Shown: positions 9,007 to 18,048 of the stretch, piece after piece
Layout: every line of letters starts with the position of its first letter
Position numbering within the stretch: the first letter of the stretch is position 1
The notes under the pieces: model-generated
Databases searched by the model: none
Told to the model about the DNA's origin: nothing
The model's input: the letters and a program-made list of their open reading frames with translations, nothing else
Made by a program: the position numbers and the translations under genes
Source of the DNA: a virus
IMG/VR virus record: IMGVR_UViG_3300042546_000155
DNA length: 64,000 nucleotides
Reading direction: 5' to 3' (one strand)

Positions 9007-9059
9007 CTTTACCTCTCATAATACTATATATTATAGCAGAATAGATTTCGGAGGTCAAC

Positions 9060-9443
9060 ATGCCCGCTTTACTTTTATCTTTCGTTTCCTCAGGTGCCTT
9101 GAAATGGGTTGCCATTCTAGTCCTAGTTTTTGGGATCATTGGTGGTGCCTATTCTCAACATCGCAAGATTGTAGATTCCGAGGTACAGGCAGCACTCCAG
9201 CAATATAACATAAATGAACTTCAACAAGCATTGAAGGACAAAGATACATACATCAAACAGATGGAAGATATCAGCAAGAGCAAGAGTGAGATTGTGGCAA
9301 ACCTCTATATCGAGAAAGATAAACTGGAAGAGAAGTTAAGTTCGATCATGTCAAACATTGATAAGAACACTGGCACAGAACATGACAGACAATCCTCTAA
9401 AGTTCTAAAAGACACATTTAAGTCTCTCGGAGAAATGAAATGA
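9060..9443 (+). CDS. putative inner-membrane spanin (Rz-like)
   Basis: N-terminal TM followed by coiled coil; GGAGG RBS; ATGA-coupled to a lipoprotein. Confidence 0.65.
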   Translation: MPALLLSFVSSGALKWVAILVLVFGIIGGAYSQHRKIVDSEVQAALQQYNINELQQALKDKDTYIKQMEDISKSKSEIVANLYIEKDKLEEKLSSIMSNIDKNTGTEHDRQSSKVLKDTFKSLGEMK

Positions 9444-9721
9444 AAAAAGTTATTCTATTGTTAGCCGTAATGTTACTGGCTTCTTGTAATGATCAACAAC
9501 AGATTGTGACGACATATCGTCATATGGTTGTGCATCCTGACGAGGCAATGTATCACTGTCCCGTTCTAAAAGAGTTTCCTGATTGGAAGACTCTGACTGA
9601 CAGTCAGGTGGCGAAGACTGTTGTTCGTCTTCATAAGAACAATTTGACATGCAAAAGTTCCATTGAATCTATCCGCAAGTTTCTAAATGATGCGGATGCA
9701 AGGTTGAAAAAGGGGAGCTAA
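9440..9721 (+). CDS. putative outer-membrane spanin lipoprotein (Rz1-like)
   Basis: MKKVILLLAVMLLAS-C lipobox; Pro- and Cys-containing mature part; follows the i-spanin-like gene. Confidence 0.7.
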   Translation: MKKVILLLAVMLLASCNDQQQIVTTYRHMVVHPDEAMYHCPVLKEFPDWKTLTDSQVAKTVVRLHKNNLTCKSSIESIRKFLNDADARLKKGS

Positions 9722-9731
9722 ATGCTCCCCT
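9707..9731. terminator. hairpin between convergent spanin and holin-like genes
   Basis: GGGGAGC-TAAAT-GCTCCCC with an A-run on the left (U-tract on the minus strand). Confidence 0.7.
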
Positions 9732-9736
9732 AAATC

Positions 9737-9973
9737 TTATTGCTTTGGTGGCTCTGTCATTAGAGCAGCATGAACCGTTGTAATCTGGGTGATAAATCTC
9801 ATGATAATCATGATAACACCACTTACGGCGGTTGCTGCCGGAACTACCATATTATCTGGTACTCCCCATCCTAGAAGCAAAGCATTCCAATCAACCATTC
9901 CGAGCTTTTCAGTAGCCCATGGAAGAACTGAAACAACTAGAGCCATAAGATATGTCTTGTATGGAAACATCAT
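9737..9973 (-). CDS. small membrane protein, putative holin
   Basis: Two hydrophobic helices; late promoter ACTAAATA at 10009-10016; adjacent to the spanin pair. Confidence 0.5.
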   Translation of the reverse strand: MMFPYKTYLMALVVSVLPWATEKLGMVDWNALLLGWGVPDNMVVPAATAVSGVIMIIMRFITQITTVHAALMTEPPKQ

Positions 9974-10027
9974 ATTCTCCAATAGTAGTGTCCGTAATTG
10001 GACACCACTATTTAGTTTTCCGATGCT

Positions 10028-10264
10028 TTACTGAATCTGATAGATTGCAGTTCCACAAGATGGCTTGATTACAGGAGAGCGTTCCCAAGGACGAAGCCAG
10101 CCATAGTGCCAAGTTCCCTGAACACAATACATACCACGATGCACTGGAACAGACCAATCACCAGCGAATGGTGGATCCTGCACAGGGTTATAATATGTGC
10201 CATAAGGTGCAGCGAAAGCAGAAGTGCTAACGAGCATAGCCAGAACGACTAGGGCCTTTCTCAT
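10028..10264 (-). CDS. small exported protein
   Basis: Signal peptide MRKALVVLAMLVSTSAFA; two Cys. Confidence 0.65.
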   Translation of the reverse strand: MRKALVVLAMLVSTSAFAAPYGTYYNPVQDPPFAGDWSVPVHRGMYCVQGTWHYGWLRPWERSPVIKPSCGTAIYQIQ

Positions 10265-10551
10265 AGACCTAGAAATCCTAGGCCTAGAAGACCACGCTTC
10301 TTACCTGAAGGAGCGATATCAATCTCAATGTCACCGTCATCATTATCGACAACGACATTTGCGCCCGGAGGAGCAGTCACAACCATACCGTGCGGAGTAA
10401 CCTGAGCGGCTGGAGCTAGAAAGCCCTTGCTCTTAGTTGGACCAGGAACAGCGGCAGTGACGCCATTGTGAGTCTCGTCCTGTGTAGTTAGAGCAAGTGC
10501 TGAGCCGGTTAGACCGAGGACGATAACAGTTGCCATATAAAACTTATTCAT
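10261..10551 (-). CDS. small exported protein
   Basis: Signal peptide ...LGLTGSALA. Confidence 0.65.
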   Translation of the reverse strand: MNKFYMATVIVLGLTGSALALTTQDETHNGVTAAVPGPTKSKGFLAPAAQVTPHGMVVTAPPGANVVVDNDDGDIEIDIAPSGKKRGLLGLGFLGL

Positions 10552-10567
10552 TATGCATTCACCTTTC

Positions 10568-10801
10568 TTATGCTAAACCCGTACCATCATGTTCGGGGGT
10601 TTCTACCGGCGCCAATTTGACTGGCGCCGTATTCGTAAAATTCTCTGGATGCTTTAAGACTTCCGCTAGAAAGTTAACAAAGTCCAATAGATGTTCCTTG
10701 TTATAGTTAGCGCCAATCTTACCCTCTTCCCTGATATAGGAAGAGATAAGGCAATAGGCTTCGGTTACAGCGGAATGACTTACTTTATCTCCTACAATCA
10801 T
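10568..10801 (-). CDS. hypothetical protein
   Basis: GGGAGA RBS; CTAAATA at 10828-10834. Confidence 0.6.
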   Translation of the reverse strand: MIVGDKVSHSAVTEAYCLISSYIREEGKIGANYNKEHLLDFVNFLAEVLKHPENFTNTAPVKLAPVETPEHDGTGLA

Positions 10802-10830
10802 TTGTTTCTCCCTTAAAAGGTATATCTTAT

Positions 10831-11940
10831 TTAGAAGGCAATATCAAAGAAGTTCACCTTCTTTGCGACAACCTTTGTTAGGACTAGTTCATGGTCGTCA
10901 CGAACAAAAGTCATGGTTCCAAGAACAGGGTCTAGAGCAACCAAGTCCTCTGGCTTAAATGAAATTGAAACATAGTTTTCATTATCATCAACCGCAACAG
11001 GCTGCGGACGGTTACTATTCATATACTTGTTCTTACCCTCATTAGAGCTGGTGTATGTGTAGTCAACATGAATGCTACCCAGCAAAGGATTGCCAGACCA
11101 CATTTCATCGGCAGTGTCAATGATGATACCCTTCTTTTTCAGAGTAACTTTGTAAGAAGCCTTGTTGGCATATTCAATCTTAGCATTGAGCATTTCCAAA
11201 GACTGCTCTGGAGTCTCATCATATCGATTCATTTCTTCGATAAGAGCCTTCATCATGTCAAAGTTGAACTTATCGAAAAGGGTTGATACCTTTACGACTC
11301 GACCGATATGGTTCTTATTAAGAAGATTGTCCTCGCAATACTCTTTCACAAACTCTGGAGTTAGACCAGAAAACTCTAGTGAATAGAACAAACGACCAGG
11401 ACGATTGCGCATATGCTCATCGACACGCCACTTGTCGTTACAAGTTAGAATGAATAGCTTCTTAGAAGGAAAGACACCATCAAGGAGTGTTAGCATAACT
11501 TCCTGCTGCTCACGGTCATATACCTTTTCAAACTCATCGAAAAGGACAATGGCAGGCTGCTGAATATCCTGAATGAACTTATTGAACTGATCACCAGACC
11601 AAGGCTGGTTGATGATAATCGTAGGAAGGTTGTGCTGCTGGGCACCCTGAACCACGAGGTTCTTGGCAAGCATTGTCTTACCAGAACCCTTCTCACCAGA
11701 GAGAAGGACGCCAGTTGCATTAGGACGGCTTAGAAAGGTGCTTAGAATACGGTTGGTATGACGCTGGGTATCACCGTATAGCTTACCCGGCTGAGCGAAG
11801 TCATCGACACGCTCGAAATACATATTCTCAAAAGGATCCTTAGCAATGGTAAAATTGCCAGTAGGAAGAACCTTATGAACGCACATAGAGGTTTCATCAC
11901 TAGGACGGAACACCTTACCATTCTGTAGAAACTGCGTCAT
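10831..11940 (-). CDS. AAA+ ATPase
   Basis: GEKGSGKT Walker A, VLFDEFEK Walker B, RPGR Arg finger; promoter TTGACA-N17-TAATAT at 11970-11998. Confidence 0.85.
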   Translation of the reverse strand: MTQFLQNGKVFRPSDETSMCVHKVLPTGNFTIAKDPFENMYFERVDDFAQPGKLYGDTQRHTNRILSTFLSRPNATGVLLSGEKGSGKTMLAKNLVVQGAQQHNLPTIIINQPWSGDQFNKFIQDIQQPAIVLFDEFEKVYDREQQEVMLTLLDGVFPSKKLFILTCNDKWRVDEHMRNRPGRLFYSLEFSGLTPEFVKEYCEDNLLNKNHIGRVVKVSTLFDKFNFDMMKALIEEMNRYDETPEQSLEMLNAKIEYANKASYKVTLKKKGIIIDTADEMWSGNPLLGSIHVDYTYTSSNEGKNKYMNSNRPQPVAVDDNENYVSISFKPEDLVALDPVLGTMTFVRDDHELVLTKVVAKKVNFFDIAF

Positions 11941-12001
11941 CTTTCCTCACATCATTCATCTTATAAAGCATATTAAACTAGTCTAAACGGAATGTCAAGC
12001 C

Positions 12002-12166
12002 CTAGCACTTAAATTTTACAACGGCATCTTTCCATTCACCGTTCATAGGAACTTGTGCCTGAGAAGACTTCAAATGACATACCTTAGGCTCAATCTTTAC
12101 CTGGTGCGTCTCACATTCGCCTGATGTAAGACAAATCGATATGACTGCAAATACTAGTTCTTTCAT
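12002..12166 (-). CDS. small Cys-containing exported peptide (54 aa, not in the ORF track)
   Basis: MKELVFAVISICLTSGECETHQVKIEPKVC...KFKC; GGAG RBS. Confidence 0.5.
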   Translation of the reverse strand: MKELVFAVISICLTSGECETHQVKIEPKVCHLKSSQAQVPMNGEWKDAVVKFKC

Positions 12167-12167
12167 A

Positions 12168-14266
12168 TTAAACTCCATATATTGTTAAGGCAGATAGATA
12201 CATGATGCCAAACATGAGAGTGGCACCAATAACAGCACCCAACAATCTTAGTTCAATATCGGTCTTATCATTCACCTTGGGACTTGGAGACCGCTCTGTG
12301 GTAGTATCGCTCGAATATTGACAAACGATCTTCTTCCGAGTAGTCGTCGGGAATTGGTATACCTTTGCACTTTTGCCAGACTTCATCAGCCATCTCCAAC
12401 ATAAATTCACGATCTTTTATATCTTCTATTTTATCAGTCTTTGATTTTGTCATTATAATACACCAATAGTTCGCACAAGTCAACTGTTTTCTGAATGTCT
12501 CTTTTACTTATTCTGTGTTCTGCCAAAATCTGCAATTGCTCGTTCCTGTTCTCGCAGGTACTCATCTGTCTTAGTATCTCTATGCAGACTTCCAGGTCCT
12601 CGTTTATCAATTCGAACATGTTGAGTCTCCTTCTTTCGGATCCAATCGGTACATGCTCTAGCTTGTTGATCCGTGATTTCTCCATTACAAACTGGTTTCA
12701 TCTTCGGATACATAAAAACTTGATCTAATATAGGTATAGTCATATAAAGAAAAATGAAGACCGCCCCAAAAGTGAACGGTCTAGTTTCATACCATCTTTT
12801 GAGCATAGTATTATTTATGCTTCTTCTTTTCGCTTGAAGATAAACTCCTTCTTCTTTTCAACTGGCCATTCAGCAAAGTAAGGACCATTCATCTCATCAA
12901 ATACTCGCAGGTATTCTTTCTCATCAACTACACGATGGGAAAAGATTTCTTCGCCGATCCACTTCTGACCAACTTCACTCATATCAGGATCATCTTTGGT
13001 AATTTCAGAGATAACATCCTCAATAGCCCAATCATCAGGTGCATCATCAGGCAACTCAACTGCATGAACATGACGAAAAGAACTTACGGTTTCAACCAAC
13101 ACGATCTTAGACATATTTTAGTTTCTCCTCAATCCATTCTTGGTATTGCTCTTGACTAGAAAAGTAGTTTATCACAAGATCAAGAGCGTTACGCATTTCA
13201 TCATCATTCATATCCGCATGACGATATGCTTCTTTTAGATTTTGCCTAGTGATTTCATCCATAATGTCGTAGTCAATATCAAGTGTAAATTTGCTCATTT
13301 CTTTTCCCACCATGTTATCTTTGGATTATGAAACTCATATGCCTGAACCAACTGCTCGGTCGTCCATATTTCAGGAGTAGTAAAGTTTCCTTCAAGCCAC
13401 CTTGTAAACCGAACCCAGTCTTTGCCTTTCATAATATTGAGACCTAACTCGGTATATTCTGGAACGTCATCACCATACACATCAATACGACCAGCACACC
13501 AGTCTTTACCGTTTTCATCAATCCACTTCTTGTTGACTGGACCCATCCAGTTTGTTGAGTATCTTACTTTCATCTTACCACTCCGGTGCGAATGATTTGC
13601 CACGAGTAAAAACATACGATACATCTGATCCATATGCAGGACAGATATGCACCTCTTCGGGTATACCGTTTATATCTTTCTCACCTGCTTCACCACAAAT
13701 GAAAAAGACACCAAAATGCTTTTCAGCGAAAACATTATGACGCAGAAACTTATTCATTATTTCAATGCGGTGTGCCGCCAGTTCATAGTCATCTTGGCTA
13801 CAGTTATCCCAATCACGGAGACGTTCCACGAGTTCTTCATTTGTCATTTTATCAGTCATTTCTTTTTCCCTACATCATCAAGATTTGTGCCGTCAGTAAT
13901 ATACTGATATGGACCTTTGGAATACAGAGGGGCAGTCCTGGCCGCCTTAGCAAGAATAGCCTTGCGAGTTTCTTCGCTCTCTTTATGCAGATTAGCCATC
14001 ACGGAACGATTAGCCGTGGCATTTGCAGGTGCATTACACACCTCTTGAATAGATTTTTCGTGATGTTTGGTAGAACGATCTACCTGCAATGAATTAGAAT
14101 AATCAGACTTCCAGGAAGTATTCTTAGTCTTCTTTGCCTTAATCTGCTTAGGCGAAACACCCATCTTTACCAACCATGCATCATGCTCGGAACGATCATG
14201 CTTGGTCTGCTTGCGCTTGCGCTTGCGAAGATTGGTCGTGGTATAATAGACGGGAAGAAGCGGCAT
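12168..14266 (-). CDS. run of about 9 small hypothetical genes (e.g. 12268-12453, 12434-12619, 12504-12806, 12815-13114, 13107-13298, 13295-13573, 13575-13859, 13856-14266)
   Basis: Tightly packed or overlapping ORFs with RBSs downstream of the promoter at 14290-14318; no function recognised. Confidence 0.55.
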
Positions 14267-14289
14267 ATAAATCTCCATTGACGATATGG

Positions 14290-14318
14290 AGTATAGCAAA
14301 ATCTAGTGGTGTTGTCAA
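14290..14318 (-). promoter_or_regulatory. sigma70-type early promoter
   Basis: TTGACA-N17-TATACT. Confidence 0.75.
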
Positions 14319-14320
14319 GC

Positions 14321-14348
14321 AAAAAGGGTGCGACGTTTTGTCGCACCC
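14321..14348 (-). terminator. intrinsic terminator after pmoC
   Basis: GGGTGCGAC-AAAAC-GTCGCACCC-TTTTT. Confidence 0.8.
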
Positions 14349-14373
14349 CAGTTTACATTCGTTTACATTTACC

Positions 14374-15144
14374 TTACTCGGTTAGGAGAGCAACGCCTTC
14401 CTTACCAACTAGAGAATGAACACGTCCTAGGATCTGTAGCACAACACCAAAGACACCTAGTGCCATCCATCCAAAGAATACGAAGCCCCAATGTAGCGGT
14501 GCCACAAATAGCTCTTCCATAAACCAGAATGTATGACCCCACTCATTGAGCCCAACGTTTGGAATAATCATGAATGGACCAATAGCAACAATCAGGAACG
14601 CAAGGCTATATCCCTGTGCGAAGTAAGGAATACGGGTCTTCGCATAGAAGAACGCACCAACAGCGATGATTGAATAGATTGGATAACTCATGTAGAACTC
14701 AATGATATGTGACGGAGTGAAGTCGGTATCACGAATGACTGTCATATGCCAGGTACCATCTTGTTCGGTGAAGAAACTTGCACCCCAATAGATAGCAACA
14801 GCATAAACAACCAACCACTGAACTAATACAGTTAGACGACGCATTTCTTCACGAGGTGAGAGGCTTGCGAGGTCACGGTCTCTTGTCTTCCATAGGTAAC
14901 CTGCTAGTGCAAGACCTGAAACCAATTCTAGTGGAATTTCTGTCCAGAGGATACTCATCCAGTATGTCTGGAACTCTGGTGCGAACGAGTCAAGGCCGGC
15001 ACGCCAACCATATACTTGTTCATAAATACGGACTATTAGATAAAAGGTATTTAGAAGGGCTAGGCCGATCCACATACCCCTAAGGTCAACGACCTCATTA
15101 ACGCCGGTAGCCACGGCTTTCGCCGATTGATTTACAACGCTCAT
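14374..15144 (-). CDS. pmoC: particulate methane monooxygenase subunit C (Methylocystis-type)
   Basis: GLDSFAPEFQTYW, WGASFFTEQDGTWHMTVIRDTDFTPSH (Asp/His/His metal ligands), PNVGLNEWGHTFWFMEELFVAPLHWGF; TAGGAG RBS. Confidence 0.98.
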   Translation of the reverse strand: MSVVNQSAKAVATGVNEVVDLRGMWIGLALLNTFYLIVRIYEQVYGWRAGLDSFAPEFQTYWMSILWTEIPLELVSGLALAGYLWKTRDRDLASLSPREEMRRLTVLVQWLVVYAVAIYWGASFFTEQDGTWHMTVIRDTDFTPSHIIEFYMSYPIYSIIAVGAFFYAKTRIPYFAQGYSLAFLIVAIGPFMIIPNVGLNEWGHTFWFMEELFVAPLHWGFVFFGWMALGVFGVVLQILGRVHSLVGKEGVALLTE

Positions 15145-15166
15145 ATATCACTCCTATTTTATTATT

Positions 15167-15207
15167 GACCGGGTCTTCCGGGATAGGTTACCCGGTCTGT
15201 TATTTAG
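15167..15207 (-). promoter_or_regulatory. T4-type late promoter (CTAAATA) plus 5' leader hairpin of pmoC
   Basis: CTAAATA at 15201-15207, matching the boxes before gp22 and gp3; 8-bp stem GACCGGGT/ACCCGGTC. Confidence 0.65.
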
Positions 15208-15293
15208 CAGTCCCTATTGACTACTTGACAATAGTATGACATAGATTGCCGATGGAAAACAGTCAATCCTAGACAATCTGCTATCAATTTTCG

Positions 15294-17271
15294 TCATTCG
15301 TCAGGAACTTCCATATTAGGATTAAGTAAAGGAATAGTTCCTGTTGCTCCTCCATACGACATAGATACACCAGGCTTTGATGACTGCCATCCTTTTCTAT
15401 AACCATCAGATGGTGGAGGTGCGCCGTTAATTTGTGCCATGCTTTCTTCATATGTGCCTGGACCGAGAGAACGATTTTCAGTCGTCATTGGTACTTGAGC
15501 ATTAACCGCCGTGGGGAATACCACCATTAAGATCAAGATCAAAAATTTCATCATACATTCTTTCCTCTTTTCTTTTTGAATAGATACCATTGCAGTCTTA
15601 TAAAACCAATGACACGATTGATATAGTCGATCAGATATATATCTCTCTTGTTAAGCCTCAGGCGTAGTTGATTGTTTTCATCTTCATACTTTTGTATGAG
15701 ATATGCAGCACGGCGAGGGACAGAGTTGCAATGAACATGATTAGCCTTTTCAACCCAATCTGCTAACTCGTGTAGTTGTTTGATTAGTTCATCATTACTC
15801 ATACGACATATACCATAAACCAAGCGATGAAAAGTGCAATTGTAATAAGGACGGGAACAAACCCAAAGGCATATACTAGTCCTCCGATAATTGCAATCCA
15901 TAACGCTATACCGAACAATTCAACTTTCATCTATTCTCTCACCTATTTCATTGACGTGGAAACCAGGACGGATATCTGTATCTTCCGTTGTTATCTTGAA
16001 GAACTTGATAACATGGTTAGAATACCATCTGTCCCGGTCTCCACCGTCGAACTTTTGTTCTCTTATATAATCATCAAACAGTTTGTTATATTCTGCTTGA
16101 GTTATTGATTTCATTCAACTGATCTTCTAATTCTGCGATACGTTGTCGTAGTTTAGCGTTTTCTTCAATCAAACCCAATGCGGCAGATGATGAAATTTCA
16201 GTCACCTGTTTTGTCCCATCCTTATTAAACTTCATCGTCATAGTTCGTTCATCGTTCATTCTTTATACTCCTTAGACATACAATAACAGCAAAAAATAAA
16301 ACTACTATGGGCACTAAAACTAATGGTTCATGAGTTAGTCCATACATAGGAGCAGAGGCAAGTATGCAAATCAATCCAGTTATGATTAGAAACTCTTTCT
16401 TACTCACAAATCAGCCTTCATCATCGTCTCACTTCCAAAACGCATACGCTTCAATAGCATACTTGTTTCTGGTAGAATACGGTTCATAAAATATTCTGCG
16501 GTATTGTGTCTGTCCTTATCGTCAGTCATCTTTACATAATTCTCTTATTAGTTCGGCAATCTTCAAACAGTTTTCAGAGTTATACACATTAGACCAATAT
16601 GCTTGATCTTCACCGTTTGTTGGTCGTTTGCTGAAATACTGTGACGTTGATTCTAACCATAATATTGCTTCAAACGCTGTCATTCTACAATCTCCTCATA
16701 ACCACGATGCTTCGTAATAGATAGAACGATATTCATCCTTAGAATGTTCTTCAGTTAGCCAGTTTTTAGCCTTCGTGAATAGTTCTATATCACGAGCCTT
16801 CTGTTCCTCATGAGGATCGTATTCGTCTTTTTCCTCTGTGAAATAAGCCTTACCAAAGAAAAAACCTGTTACAAGTTCATCATAATGGCTATCATTCTCC
16901 CATACATTAATAATATAATCAAGGTCATCTTTATCTAGATCGATCTTCTGGCCATCATCAAATCCGGCAGCAAAGGCTTCAACGATAAATCCATGAAGGT
17001 TGACACGTTTATTCCAATAACCCATTTCAAGTAACACAGACGAAACAGGAAATCCATCGACCTTTTGTTCTTTGGAAAAAGAACACTTATTACCGTAGAG
17101 ATACATATCAAGACCCATGTTTCAATCCTTTCTTGACTTCCTTTTCCGATACAACATTTCCGCAACTACAAAAGGATCTATTCCAGGAAAGTATCCTTTT
17201 TCTTGGAGATACTCAGCCTGTCTAATATACTCTATTTGCTCTCGGAAGTCAAGTTCTTTCCACGATTTCAT
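15294..17271 (-). CDS. run of small hypothetical genes (includes a signal-peptide protein at 15294-15554 and the MGLDMYL-type protein 16696-17118)
   Basis: Packed small ORFs; no function recognised. Confidence 0.5.
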
Positions 17272-17352
17272 CAAAACCTCGGAATACTAAATAGAAGTGT
17301 AGGTCGCAGGACGGGAATCCTCACCTACTCTAAACCTGATCGGAGGTCCAGC

Positions 17353-18048
17353 ATGGATATTTATACTACAACCAACTACCGCAAAATCTGGGAACATTTC
17401 AACGGTCCTATTCCTAAAGACGAACAAGGAAGATCGTATGAAATCCATCACATCGACGGTAATCATTCCAATAATCATATAGATAATCTCCAGTGTGTTT
17501 CTATACAGGAACATTACGATATTCATTTTTCCCAGAACGACACATACGCTTGTTTGAGAATATCTCAAAAACTCAAAATGTCCCAACAAGAAATCTCTGA
17601 CTTTGCCACCAAGTTGAATAACGAAAGATGGTCTGATCCCGAATACTATGCCAGAATGTTAGAAATCAATAACGCTCCTGAGATAAGAAAACTAAGGTCA
17701 GATAATCTAAAAAGACAATGGGATGATCCAGAGTTTCGTGATAACATGGTGGCCATTAGAAACTCTCCTGAATACTTGGAAGAAAGATCAAAGATAAGTT
17801 CAAAGGTTTGGTCCAATACTGCCAAAAGAGAAGCATTATCAAAGAAGCATAAAGAAACATGGTCTGACCCTAAAAAGAGACAAGAGCAGTCGGAAAGACG
17901 AAAGAAGTATTTCCAAACTGCTCCTGTGTTTCATTGCTCATGCTGTAATCGTGATATAAAAGGACAACACAACTGGAATCAACATCTAAACTCCAAACAA
18001 CATCAGAACTCGTCTGGAGTTAGTGCCATCATTGTTTGTGATCCTTGA
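17353..18048 (+). mobile_element. free-standing HNH homing endonuclease with C-terminal zinc finger
   Basis: YEIHHIDGNHSNNHIDNL...EHYDIH; repeated basic W-x-D/N-P-E helices; CSCC...HLNSKQH; opposite strand with its own ACTAAATA (17286-17293) and GGAGG RBS. Confidence 0.85.

Noticed and set aside
12434-12806. Dual-coding overlap between 12504-12806 and 12434-12619
   Set aside because: Both are short hypotheticals and I cannot tell whether both are real; insufficient evidence for a finding
14374-15144. amoC, or host-chromosome contamination
   Set aside because: The sequence matches Methylocystis-type PmoC, codons are AT-rich like the phage, and the flanks are phage-type promoters and ORFs
17203-17352. 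N-terminal 50 aa of the 281-aa HNH ORF in the track
   Set aside because: Covers the late promoter and leader hairpins; the ATG at 17353 has the GGAGG RBS
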